From positions 1 to 29,475 of the IMG/VR virus record IMGVR_UViG_2778261167_000005: DNA of 29,475 bases. One strand, written 5' to 3'. The notes below the pieces were generated by a model that worked only from the letters and a program-made list of their open reading frames with translations, had not been told where the DNA came from and ran no database searches. This stretch comes from a virus. Lineage: Duplodnaviria; Heunggongvirae; Uroviricota; Caudoviricetes. The translations under genes and the position numbers were made by a program. This document shows, piece by piece, positions 1-8,099 of this stretch; position 1 is the first letter of the stretch, and every line of letters begins with the position of its first letter.

Positions 1-342
1 ATGATGAAAAAAAGTATTCTGACGTTTCTGTTACTCACCAGTTCTGCAGCGGCGCTGGCTGCACCGCAGGTGATTACCGTCAGTCGTTTTGAAGTGGGTA
101 AAGACAAATGGGCGTTTAATCGCGAAGAGGTGATGCTGACTTGCAGACCGGGTAATGCTTTGTATGTCATTAACCCAAGTACCCTCGTGCAGTATCCTTT
201 AAACGATATCGCACAAAAGGAAGTTGCCAGTGGGAAGACTAAAGCCCAACCCATTTCGGTGATTCAGATTGATGATCCTAACAATCCCGGCGAAAAAATG
301 AGTCTGGCACCGTTTATAGAACGAGCTGAAAAACTCTGTTAA
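1..342 (+). CDS. yebY: Host periplasmic protein YebY (DUF2511 family), with N-terminal signal peptide
   Basis: 113-aa ORF with signal-like N-terminus [21 protein letters not shown]; matches my recollection of enterobacterial YebY; followed by a hairpin plus T-run. Lies outside the prophage. Confidence 0.65.
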   Translation: MMKKSILTFLLLTSSAAALAAPQVITVSRFEVGKDKWAFNREEVMLTCRPGNALYVINPSTLVQYPLNDIAQKEVASGKTKAQPISVIQIDDPNNPGEKMSLAPFIERAEKLC

Positions 343-371
343 TTACCTAAAATAGCCTTTTGATTTCCAAT

Positions 372-414
372 AAAAAAACCGCCTCAGTTCTTTCACCAGA
401 ACGGGCGGTTTTTA
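372..414 (+). terminator. Rho-independent terminator after yebY
   Basis: Imperfect hairpin CCGCC...GTTCT-loop-AGAAC...GGCGG (379..408) followed by TTTTT (409..413). Confidence 0.6.
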
Positions 415-500
415 ACATTTCAGCTGATGACCACCACGCTTTTTATTGACCATTTTGCACGCAAACTGGAAAACCTGGCGTCGTCATCTATTCTTAAAGG

Positions 501-604
501 GCAAGGCAACTAAGCCTGCATTAATGCCAACTTTTAGCGCACGGCTCTCTCCCAAGAGCCATTTCCCTGGACCGAATACAGGAATCGTATTCGGTCTCTT
601 TTTA
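501..604 (+). ncRNA. sdsR: Small RNA resembling SdsR (RyeB), with sigma-S type -10 box and intrinsic terminator
   Basis: TCTATTCTTAA at 486..496 fits the sigma-S -10 consensus; transcript would begin near GCAAGGCAAC (501..510); internal hairpins at 527..536 and 544..561; perfect 10-bp stem GACCGAATAC/GTATTCGGTC (570..596) then TCTTTTT. Identity is from memory of the SdsR sequence and the yebY-adjacent locus. Confidence 0.55.
570..604 (+). terminator. Intrinsic terminator (3' end of the SdsR-like sRNA)
   Basis: 10-bp perfect stem, 7-nt loop AGGAATC, then TCTTTTTA. Confidence 0.75.
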
Positions 605-638
605 TGTGCTTGTTTTCGTTGGGTTTTTTCTGTGCTAT

Positions 639-667
639 CACGAAATCCCACGAAAATTACTCGAAAT
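639..667. repeat. Three direct repeats C(A/T)CGAAA(A/T) at about 10-bp spacing next to the int 3' end; candidate integrase arm-type sites within attL
   Basis: cacgaaat (639..646), cacgaaaa (649..656), ctcgaaat (660..667). Confidence 0.3.
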
Positions 668-680
668 TTCCATATCCTGT

Positions 681-1766
681 CTAAACCATAACATATTCTG
701 CACCGCGTGCGTCTAGGTATTTTTTGGTCATTGTTAAATTTTTATGCCCCAGCAGTCTCTGTGCGAAATCCTCTCCGCGCTCCCTTTCATACAGTCTGCT
801 CGCCAAGCTCCTGATCTCATGGAAAGGAGGGGGGTTGGGACCAAACTTTAACTCCGTAGAATCCCGGATGTCAGAAAATGCCTGGGTAATTCCGTCCGGA
901 GTTAACGGACCAGGCTTCCTGCCTCCACGTCTCACCGCTGAATACAGCATGAAGTCTGACGGGTTGTTTTTCCTGCAACGTTCGATAACATCCTGCAATA
1001 CCAAATCAGCAGAGTCCAGCCGCAAATCAAGTGGCAACGCCAATTTGTGACCTGTCTTTTCCTGTGTGACAAACAACCTTCCATCCCTGATATCGCTGAA
1101 TCTGAACAACGATACGTCCTCTCTTCTTTGCCCGGTGACAAGTGCCAGGTCACATGCGTTTGCAGCCCATTCGGAATGGGCTGTTGCGGCATCCCTTATT
1201 ATCTCAAACTGTTCAAGCAAAAGACGCTCACGCTTCACTTTGGGTGTCGGCGTTCTTGTCGGCTCTGCCGGATTCCTTTCAATATGTCCCTCGACGATCG
1301 CCTCCCTGAAAATATCCAACAATACCGAACGCAGGCCGGAGGCCATGCTCTTCTTATCGCAGAGTATGTAACTCTCCAGGAAAGTAGATATGTCCTTTGT
1401 GCTGACCGCCGATAGCGGCATGCACCCGAATTCATCACTGATAGTGGCGATCTGGTTGCGCCTGACCTTCATCGTGTTGGGCTTCAATTCTCTTCGCTCA
1501 AGAATTACTTCGTAGCGCTCAAGCCACGCTTTCACCGTAAAAGTTGGTGTTTCTTTTATGCGGTCCAGTAGCGCTGACGGAAGGTAATTCTGTTCGATGT
1601 AGTTATTGGCTTCGATGGCCTGAGAAATGGCGTCCTTTCTGTCGATCCGGCCAAGAGATAACTCTTGACCGGTAATCGGGTTTCGCCAGCTATAAAGCCT
1701 GTCTCTTTTACGATAGGTCAGGTTACGGGGCAGGTTAGCGTCGTAACGAACTGGCCTTTTCGCCAT
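681..1766 (-). CDS. int: Tyrosine recombinase, lambda-family phage integrase
   Basis: 361-aa ORF; C-terminal catalytic region ends ...HEIRSLASRLY...LLGHKNLTMTKKYLD... consistent with the R-H-R-Y tyrosine recombinase fold; sits at the prophage end next to the att region; GGAGAG RBS. Confidence 0.85.
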   Translation of the reverse strand: MAKRPVRYDANLPRNLTYRKRDRLYSWRNPITGQELSLGRIDRKDAISQAIEANNYIEQNYLPSALLDRIKETPTFTVKAWLERYEVILERRELKPNTMKVRRNQIATISDEFGCMPLSAVSTKDISTFLESYILCDKKSMASGLRSVLLDIFREAIVEGHIERNPAEPTRTPTPKVKRERLLLEQFEIIRDAATAHSEWAANACDLALVTGQRREDVSLFRFSDIRDGRLFVTQEKTGHKLALPLDLRLDSADLVLQDVIERCRKNNPSDFMLYSAVRRGGRKPGPLTPDGITQAFSDIRDSTELKFGPNPPPFHEIRSLASRLYERERGEDFAQRLLGHKNLTMTKKYLDARGAEYVMV

Positions 1767-2007
1767 GAGTCAGTCTCTCCAGTAGAGTGCCACCAGTTGG
1801 CAGCGGTATGCGTTTTGCTTTGGGACGAAGGTTCTTTTTGCTCGGATCCACATAGATGGCATCTGGCTGAACCTTATATTCTTTGCCATGAAGTTCCGGA
1901 GCAGGGTAAATACGCCCCTCCCGCGCCCAGCGGCGAAGTGTTGAAAGAGACGGTGGGGTTGAATAAGTTGAATTCGCCCATTCCAGCAGATTAAGAAGCT
2001 TGACCAT
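1735..2007 (-). CDS. xis: Excisionase (Xis-like DNA-binding protein)
   Basis: Small basic protein MVKLLNLLEWANSTYSTPPSLSTLRRWAREGRIYP..., winged-helix-like, resembling lambda Xis; overlaps the int start; start taken at the internal ATG. Confidence 0.65.
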   Translation of the reverse strand: MVKLLNLLEWANSTYSTPPSLSTLRRWAREGRIYPAPELHGKEYKVQPDAIYVDPSKKNLRPKAKRIPLPTGGTLLERLTHGEKASSLRR

Positions 2008-2071
2008 ACTACCTCCGGCTTCCGGCAACTTATTATAGAGCTGCCGGAAAACTGTTAATGAAATATCGTTA

Positions 2072-2314
2072 TCAACTCACCTGACCAGGTAGCGCGCGCA
2101 ACCGGCGCATACCTGTCATCGCCGTGGCCACGTAGCTCGCCTTGCGGTTCACCACTTCCACCCAGACTTTCACACCTTCAACTCTCACCGTGTATGTCTC
2201 CTTCATTTTGCTGCGGCCATAGTCGCCGTAACGTTCTGCATGAGTGGCCAGTGCTATGTCGCATGCCTGACGCGCTAACGGGGATTGCTGATTTGCACGG
2301 TTAATTAGACGCAT
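2072..2314 (-). CDS. Hypothetical early-left-operon protein
   Basis: ORF MRLINRANQQSPLARQ... co-directional with int/xis; start at internal ATG 2314. Confidence 0.4.
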   Translation of the reverse strand: MRLINRANQQSPLARQACDIALATHAERYGDYGRSKMKETYTVRVEGVKVWVEVVNRKASYVATAMTGMRRLRALPGQVS

Positions 2315-2504
2315 GGTCACCGCCTTCTGGATTGGATGGTTGACGGAAAACCGCTCGGGACGGCGACCAATCGCAATATGCATCGGTTTCGGTATGCCCG
2401 AAAATTGCCTTACAGCGACGGATATGAGCGCAGTCGCCGCAGGTCTTACCCTTCGGGAGTTGCATTTTATCGGGGTCTGCCGGGTTATAATTTAGCTCAG
2501 TCAT
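2301..2504 (-). CDS. Small Cys-containing protein (CxxC-x5-C-x12-C), possible zinc-ribbon / Lar-like restriction-alleviation candidate
   Basis: MTELNYNPADPDKMQLPKGKTCGDCAHIRRCKAIFGHTETDAYCDW...; the Lar-like suggestion is positional only (just before recT). Confidence 0.4.
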   Translation of the reverse strand: MTELNYNPADPDKMQLPKGKTCGDCAHIRRCKAIFGHTETDAYCDWSPSRAVFRQPSNPEGGDHASN

Positions 2505-2841
2505 TCCAGGCCTCCAGCTCGTTCTGGATTTCCTCGTCGATCTCGTCATTGGTGGCGTCTTCGTTTAGATAGTCGCGCGCCTCTTTAAGATACTGTTCTC
2601 GGCGTTCGTGGTACCAGGCAGAGAACTCCGGTGACCAGCCGCGACCATTACCTTGAAAATCAACCAGAGCGTTGTCCTCAGCCATACGCTCAACCATGCA
2701 GTCGGCAGTTGTCAGGGCGCATTCCCGGATGTAACCGCGAAGGTGGTTTTTGCGCCACCAAGGACTTACTTTCGAATCGCAACGTCCTTTGAACTCAATT
2801 TCCCAGCGGCGGATGCAGCGTGCGTTTAAAGATTTACTCAT
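2497..2841 (-). CDS. Hypothetical phage protein with acidic C-terminus
   Basis: 114-aa ORF with ATG; overlaps neighbours in operon fashion. Confidence 0.5.
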   Translation of the reverse strand: MSKSLNARCIRRWEIEFKGRCDSKVSPWWRKNHLRGYIRECALTTADCMVERMAEDNALVDFQGNGRGWSPEFSAWYHERREQYLKEARDYLNEDATNDEIDEEIQNELEAWND

Positions 2842-2875
2842 CTCGTTACCGGGAGGGTTCGCCCTCCCGCCTCCC

Positions 2876-3967
2876 TTAAGCCACGTATTCCGGTTTCATA
2901 TCCGCCAGGGTGATGCTGAACTGATCGTGCAGTTCGTCGCCCAGATGACGTTTCGCCGTTGCAAGAACTCGCTCAACTTCCCCAAACCGTTCAGCTGCAT
3001 CCGGTTCATCCGGAGACGGCAGGGAGTTTATCGCGGCTTCAACCTTGTTACGTGAATCAACCAGGTAGTAGCGCTTCACTGCCTTATTCTTCAGCTCGGT
3101 GAACAGGGCAGATCCGAGCGTGGCCTTCGCGCTTTCGATATCAGCGCGCAGTGCTTTGGCGCTATCAACATCCTGCGCAGCATCGATGCGTTCGCGGAAA
3201 TCATCGGCAAGAGCGTCGATATTTACCGACGATTCGTGTGCGCTTTGCGTAGTTGTGACGGTGTCACCTGCGATTTCAGCAACGCTCATTCGTTGGGCTG
3301 AGCCAGGGTTAATAACTTTTTCTTCTCGTTCTTCGACTTCATCGGCACTGTAAACACCGAGAATCACATCAGGGCAGTACAAGCGAGCCCAGCGCTTTAC
3401 CGCGAGATAAGCGAGCTGCTGACGCGGATCACTTGCCCATAGTGTCGAATTACGAACCTGAGCCTGAGAAAGCATGAGTACCAGTTCGCGTGGCTCATCC
3501 TCGCCTTTCATAGTTGCCCACACACGAACTCCTACACCGGCCTCATCCTTTAAATCCCAACCGGGCGCGATGTACTTATTGCCTTTAGAACTGGTTCTCT
3601 CTACAAATCGACCAATGATGTTTTCCCATGGACCAAACCAATCGTAATGAAGGCGATCTTTTGTAGGCGACATGTTGGTAACAACCGCATTAACCAGTTG
3701 AGCTTCGTAACCCAATACTCCGCTATTACCGACGATGTGGGTCTTCTGAGCTACGGCAAAGGGGTCCATACCCCATCGTGCGGCCTGCATGACCACAGCC
3801 ATGCAGGCATCTGGTTTTCCGCGGAAGTGGTCAGGTACAAAAGCGCCACTATTTGCCATCACTGTCGACAAGGTGCGTAGGCGGTCGAAAAGTTCCCCAT
3901 TAGTCAAAATTGAGATGTTATCGATCATTTGCGTCTTGTTTTCGTTGGTAGTAATTGCAGTAGACAT
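2876..3967 (-). CDS. recT: Phage single-strand annealing recombinase (RecT-like)
   Basis: 363-aa ORF directly downstream of the RecE-like exonuclease in the same operon; family assignment rests on synteny and general resemblance to RecT. Confidence 0.6.
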   Translation of the reverse strand: MSTAITTNENKTQMIDNISILTNGELFDRLRTLSTVMANSGAFVPDHFRGKPDACMAVVMQAARWGMDPFAVAQKTHIVGNSGVLGYEAQLVNAVVTNMSPTKDRLHYDWFGPWENIIGRFVERTSSKGNKYIAPGWDLKDEAGVGVRVWATMKGEDEPRELVLMLSQAQVRNSTLWASDPRQQLAYLAVKRWARLYCPDVILGVYSADEVEEREEKVINPGSAQRMSVAEIAGDTVTTTQSAHESSVNIDALADDFRERIDAAQDVDSAKALRADIESAKATLGSALFTELKNKAVKRYYLVDSRNKVEAAINSLPSPDEPDAAERFGEVERVLATAKRHLGDELHDQFSITLADMKPEYVA

Positions 3968-3979
3968 GTTCTTTTCCCC

Positions 3980-6913
3980 TTATGCCTGAGTACGCAGCGC
4001 TTCAAGGCGGCGCAGGTCGAAGTCGTTCAGTTCGTCGGTGTAGTCTTCGGTTATCGGTGCAGACCAGCAATCGGTGTCATACGCATTTGCGAGTGCACGC
4101 ATGGTGCGCTGATACTCCAGCAGCCCGAGGTCGAGCAAATCTTCCGATGCCTCAATTACCGCCACCCAGTGGTAGCCCTCGTCTTTGTTGACGAAGATCC
4201 AGAAGAACTGATCAAAGTCGGCAACGGAGCAATACATGCCAGCGCTGAGGTGGTAGTCGCGGTCGATGATTTCCCGGTGCAGTTTGGCGCGCAAACCGTC
4301 TTGCTTAACGCGTCCCATGCTGATCGTCTTCAGGTCAACACCGATACGAACGCCGTTGATTTGAACCTCAAGGTCAGGGCGCACACGGACTTCCAGACCG
4401 GTTTCGTCGTCCATCCCGAAATAACTTGTTTCCACTGAACGGGAAGGATGGCGCAGCAGTTTCCCGGCTGATTCATGATTCAGTAGGGCTTGCTGAATTG
4501 CCGTGGCCAGCGTCAGTTGTTCTCTGGACAGGATGGTTTTCCCATCAACGCTATCGCGCCATTGCTGCTCAAATTCATCAGCGAAAATGGCCTCCGGGCT
4601 GACCGCGCGTATCGCCGCCTGAAGTTCTTCTTTCTTACCGGTGAGCTTCAGTTGCTCGGCCTTTGGCTTATCCGCGTTAAATTCTCGAATGAACGCCTTC
4701 ATGGAGTCGGTGGTGGTAAACGCCTCAGCCGGAATACCTGGGAATACCGCAAACTCTTCGTGGAGCTTTTCGGGCTCCAGGGCCAGGGTGTGCGCCAGGC
4801 TACCGAACGTCAGCGCCTCGCTGCTTTCGCGACGGATAGTCTTGGTCACGTGACGGCCGTGATAGAACATCAGGCTGACACGTGCGTCTTTCACCTGGGT
4901 TGAGCTGATACCGTTCGCTGCGTGATAAACCTCGTTCGGCAGACCTTCATAGCGGCCAGGTTCGAAGTAAGCAGGGTACACAACACCCGGTTCGTCAGAT
5001 TGAGCTTCTGGCTCGGTTTGGGCCGCAACCGGTTCGGTTTGGTTTACAGAATCGCTGTTTTGGCTAACAGAATCCGCATTCTGGCTCACATCGGCTTGCT
5101 GGCCGGTATGTGACTCTTCACCAGTTTCCAGACTGCTTTCGCCTGACTGCACTTCATCACCAGCCTGTTCTTCATCACTGACAGTTTCTTCCATCTGCAC
5201 ATTGCTGGTGGTTTCCTCATTAAGTGGTGAACGGTTATCTGTTTGGGTTTGTTGATCGCCCATCAGGCCATCAATGGAGAATACGCCGTTGCCCATGTTG
5301 GCGATTTGTGGCTGTTTAGCAGCTGTTTTCTGCTCTGCAGCGACCTGCTCATTAACCTCATTTTCCCAGCTGACGTCCGGCGCATGACCAGCATCAGCCA
5401 GCGTTTCTTCTGAGGGGTTTGAGTGGTCATTTTCGGTTAGATTGGCATTGATATATGCCCGCAACCGCCCAGGAAAGTTAACCAATTCTGATGATGTGCC
5501 GCGGATGAGTGCAAAGATGGCGGCGCGTGAATAGTCCAGGATGCCAGCGGTTTTGCGCAGCGCCTCAGACCATTCGCTGAACGGACTTTCTTTCTTGCTG
5601 ACAATCTCTTTAGCGCGACGGTAGACCCCACCAGGTATGTCGTAGATATTGAAATCCATTGGCAAGGTGGCCAGCGCAATTTCAACATCCAAAGTGTCCA
5701 GTGTGTGGACATAGTCGGTATTACGATCGGTCTTATTTCCACCGCCAGCATTGGTTTTGACGTCAGTACGTTGAATCTGCGCAATGCGGTTACCTTTCTG
5801 CCATTCCTTGACCAGCAGGCCACGGTCGATGTAATCAGTGTTGAACCACACAGTCAGGAACTGGATAACTGTTGCCAGCTCCGGTTTTTTACCGTCGACA
5901 GGGAAGACTTTCTTAACAGCATTCACGACTTTATGAATATCGTGCTCAATGGCTTTTTTGAATGCTTCCACATTCTCAGCAGCCAGCAGCAGGTTCTGGA
6001 TGTACGTGTCATCAGTGTCCATCTCAAGGCGGACAATCTCGTTTTTCTGCCCAGCGTCGATGTGATAGAGATATTCACCATCACCGATGAACTGAGCCAG
6101 TACGCGCTGACGGAATGGCAGGGTGGCTACGACGATCAGGTTCGGCTGATCTGGCTGCTGAGATTGTTCTTCGGGACCGACTTCATCACCAACGCTGGTG
6201 GTTTCAGTTTTGAGCAGAGGAAACCTTCCACTGCGCCAGTCTTCAACCAGTTGATTGCGATCACCTGCTTCTGCGTTCACCCAGTCAGACATGAAAGCAG
6301 CGATCACTTCAGGTCCATGCTCTTCACCCTGTTCGAAGATGTCTTTAATCGCCTGAATCATTTTCCACTCAGCATTAAGACTGAGTTCGCCAACTTCAGG
6401 AACATCATTTTTAACCTGCAGCAAGTTCTGGAGATAGGTATTGCTTTCGGCCAGTGACATTTCGCTGGCAGCCAGCTGCTGCTCTTTAGTGACGTGAGTC
6501 TGGTACTTATCGCTCATCAGATGGAAGGCAAAACGGACTGCTGGAGTGCGGTTTTCTAACGATACATTCTCGTCAGAAGTCGCTACTTCATCGGTATTTT
6601 TTACATCGGCAGGGATAGTGGTGACAACGTCGCCAGCGGCCTTTGGCAGCCAGGTGCGCCCGTCGTCCTGTAGTTCGTAACGATCACACCAGGTGAAATC
6701 AACTTCACCTTCTTCCGGCAGGTCATCAACAACAGGAAAATCTGTGCGAATTGGTTTAGCGTAGTCCTTGCCACGACCGGTCTCGATACCTGCATCTTCC
6801 AGCGCAACGTCCAGCATCAGGTTGGCGCGAGCCTCAGTTTTTGCAGTGAACCAGATAAAAGCATCAGGCTTTCCCGACTTTTGTGTGGCTTTAACTACAT
6901 ATGGAAATTCCAT
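3980..6913 (-). CDS. recE: Exodeoxyribonuclease VIII (RecE-like 5'-3' dsDNA exonuclease, PD-(D/E)XK C-terminal domain)
   Basis: 977-aa ORF; C-terminal region (...YFEPGRYEGLPNEVYHAANGISSTQVKD..., ...RPDLEV...DLKT...) resembles the RecE nuclease domain; long acidic low-complexity linker; paired with recT. Confidence 0.7.
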   Translation of the reverse strand: MEFPYVVKATQKSGKPDAFIWFTAKTEARANLMLDVALEDAGIETGRGKDYAKPIRTDFPVVDDLPEEGEVDFTWCDRYELQDDGRTWLPKAAGDVVTTIPADVKNTDEVATSDENVSLENRTPAVRFAFHLMSDKYQTHVTKEQQLAASEMSLAESNTYLQNLLQVKNDVPEVGELSLNAEWKMIQAIKDIFEQGEEHGPEVIAAFMSDWVNAEAGDRNQLVEDWRSGRFPLLKTETTSVGDEVGPEEQSQQPDQPNLIVVATLPFRQRVLAQFIGDGEYLYHIDAGQKNEIVRLEMDTDDTYIQNLLLAAENVEAFKKAIEHDIHKVVNAVKKVFPVDGKKPELATVIQFLTVWFNTDYIDRGLLVKEWQKGNRIAQIQRTDVKTNAGGGNKTDRNTDYVHTLDTLDVEIALATLPMDFNIYDIPGGVYRRAKEIVSKKESPFSEWSEALRKTAGILDYSRAAIFALIRGTSSELVNFPGRLRAYINANLTENDHSNPSEETLADAGHAPDVSWENEVNEQVAAEQKTAAKQPQIANMGNGVFSIDGLMGDQQTQTDNRSPLNEETTSNVQMEETVSDEEQAGDEVQSGESSLETGEESHTGQQADVSQNADSVSQNSDSVNQTEPVAAQTEPEAQSDEPGVVYPAYFEPGRYEGLPNEVYHAANGISSTQVKDARVSLMFYHGRHVTKTIRRESSEALTFGSLAHTLALEPEKLHEEFAVFPGIPAEAFTTTDSMKAFIREFNADKPKAEQLKLTGKKEELQAAIRAVSPEAIFADEFEQQWRDSVDGKTILSREQLTLATAIQQALLNHESAGKLLRHPSRSVETSYFGMDDETGLEVRVRPDLEVQINGVRIGVDLKTISMGRVKQDGLRAKLHREIIDRDYHLSAGMYCSVADFDQFFWIFVNKDEGYHWVAVIEASEDLLDLGLLEYQRTMRALANAYDTDCWSAPITEDYTDELNDFDLRRLEALRTQA

Positions 6914-7052
6914 GTGAGATCCTCATTTTTGGGTGTTAGAATCCCCGAGCCATTGATAGCGCCCATTGGGTTAACTTTGGTTTTAATGTTGTTTCCGGTG
7001 TAACTTTGGTCGGTGGCACCGGACGTAGATCCCGCCTTGCGCGGGTTTTACG

Positions 7053-7214
7053 TTAGCCTTCGTGAGCCATCTGGTCGTGCGAAGCGCAACGTTTGGAACA
7101 ATACTCTTTCTCTTTGCGCGCCAGCTGTGAGCCGTTTCGATAGAGAAGGGTGCTTTTTATTACTTCTTCCGGTTTAACCGGTTTGCTGCAATAACCGCAT
7201 TTCTTGTCTTGCAT
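7053..7214 (-). CDS. Small Cys4 zinc-ribbon protein (YdaE-like position in Rac)
   Basis: Hand-translated 53 aa, not in the ORF track: MQDKKCGYCSKPVKPEEVIKSTLLYRNGSQLARKEKEYCSKRCASHDQMAHEG; CxxC...CxxxC. Confidence 0.5.
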   Translation of the reverse strand: MQDKKCGYCSKPVKPEEVIKSTLLYRNGSQLARKEKEYCSKRCASHDQMAHEG

Positions 7215-7225
7215 GACACTCTCCG

Positions 7226-7432
7226 TTAATGGCTGAGGCCATTCCCCAGACCGTTCAGATAAACTTCAACCAGCAAATCCCTGGTGTAAGTCATCTCAAC
7301 GCCTCGATGCAGATACAAACGACCACGAGCGTTAGCTGATGCTGTCCAGGTTGAGTCTTTGTGTTTGACGAGCATCCCAGGCTGAACTGCGCCGCGGTTT
7401 ACCGTCTGTGTACCGTAGTACTGATGAACCAT
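7226..7432 (-). CDS. Hypothetical small protein, first gene of the leftward operon (Kil-like by position)
   Basis: Start taken at ATG 7432 (MVHQYYG...) with GGAG RBS; alternative GTG start at 7534. Kil assignment is positional only. Confidence 0.35.
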   Translation of the reverse strand: MVHQYYGTQTVNRGAVQPGMLVKHKDSTWTASANARGRLYLHRGVEMTYTRDLLVEVYLNGLGNGLSH

Positions 7433-7666
7433 GATGTTCTCCAGTTTTTCTGAGTGAACTTCGCTGGTGGTGCCGTCGTGCTGATCTTCACAGTTGAGCG
7501 TTTTAACTCTGCAGTTCACCACCGCGAAGCTCACTTCTGTTTTGCCTTATAGCCGGCCAGCTGAGCGTTAAACCTGATGCGCGTTATTCAATCCACCTCA
7601 TCCGACTATTCATATGCCGTCGGCGGCTACTTCGTGGGCGTCCTGCCTGAGTGGTTCGTGTTGCGA

Positions 7667-7705
7667 TGGAGTAAGTAAAGCACCATTTTACTTTATGGTC
7701 AAACA
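7667..7705 (-). promoter_or_regulatory. Leftward early promoter PL with operator palindrome AGTAAA-N7-TTTACT
   Basis: Minus strand reads TTGACC (-35), 17-bp spacer, TTTACT (-10); the operator at 7675..7693 overlaps the spacer and -10; 35-nt stretch is nearly identical to the PR region at 9563..9598. Confidence 0.6.
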
Positions 7706-7845
7706 AAAGGTGTTCTACGTGGAGGATGTTGCGTGACGGAAGGCAAAAAAATCGGCGCGATGGCTGAGATCGGAGAGAGGAGCAGGCATTTAGCATGTTC
7801 GTCACTCGGTGCTAATCTTTCTGGGTGGCACAACGGAGCGGAACG

Positions 7846-8043
7846 ATGAAGAGCAAAGACGAACAGACTGGGTTGGTTGGCTTGGCGATTGGCGCGGCAG
7901 TGATTGGCTTGGTATCAGTTCAAAAACCCATTAACCGGGCGAGCATCATTGACGAACTGGTGAGACTGGGGAGACAGAAGGGCGATGGCGTTCAGGATGA
8001 GGTGTTTGAGAAGGCGGCGGAGCTGGTGAGTAAAGGGGTATAA
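7846..8043 (+). CDS. Small hydrophobic protein (65 aa), probable single-pass membrane peptide
   Basis: ATG at 7846 with GGAG 7 nt upstream; MKSKDEQTGLVGLAIGAAVIGLVSV...; lies between PL and the repressor-linked moron, convergent with it. Confidence 0.45.
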   Translation: MKSKDEQTGLVGLAIGAAVIGLVSVQKPINRASIIDELVRLGRQKGDGVQDEVFEKAAELVSKGV

Positions 8044-8066
8044 AAACCCGGCGCGATGGCCGGGTC
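8041..8066 (-). terminator. Intrinsic terminator for the minus-strand gene 8100..9020
   Basis: Stem CCCGGC/GCCGGG (8047..8064) with TTTTTA on the minus-strand 3' side (8041..8046). Confidence 0.6.
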
Positions 8067-8099
8067 ATATATTAGTCATCATTCGTATGAAACTAAAAA

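Noticed and set aside
446-691. 81-aa plus-strand ORF in the yebY-int intergenic region
   Set aside because: It overlaps the sRNA-like element and its two hairpins, has no RBS and an odd composition; more likely non-coding.
3982-6457. Several plus-strand ORFs of 63 to 250 aa inside the recE region (for example 3929..4438, 4490..4903, 5705..6457)
   Set aside because: Antisense shadow ORFs inside a long, well-supported minus-strand gene.
7031-7050. Hairpin CCCGC-CTTG-CGCGGG plus TTTTA as a terminator between recE and the zinc-ribbon ORF
   Set aside because: It is oriented for plus-strand termination while all surrounding genes are on the minus strand, and it overlaps the 3' end region of the small ORF.
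7584-7805. 73-aa minus-strand ORF
   Set aside because: Arg/Ser-rich translation overlapping the PL promoter-operator; no RBS; the region is better explained as regulatory DNA.
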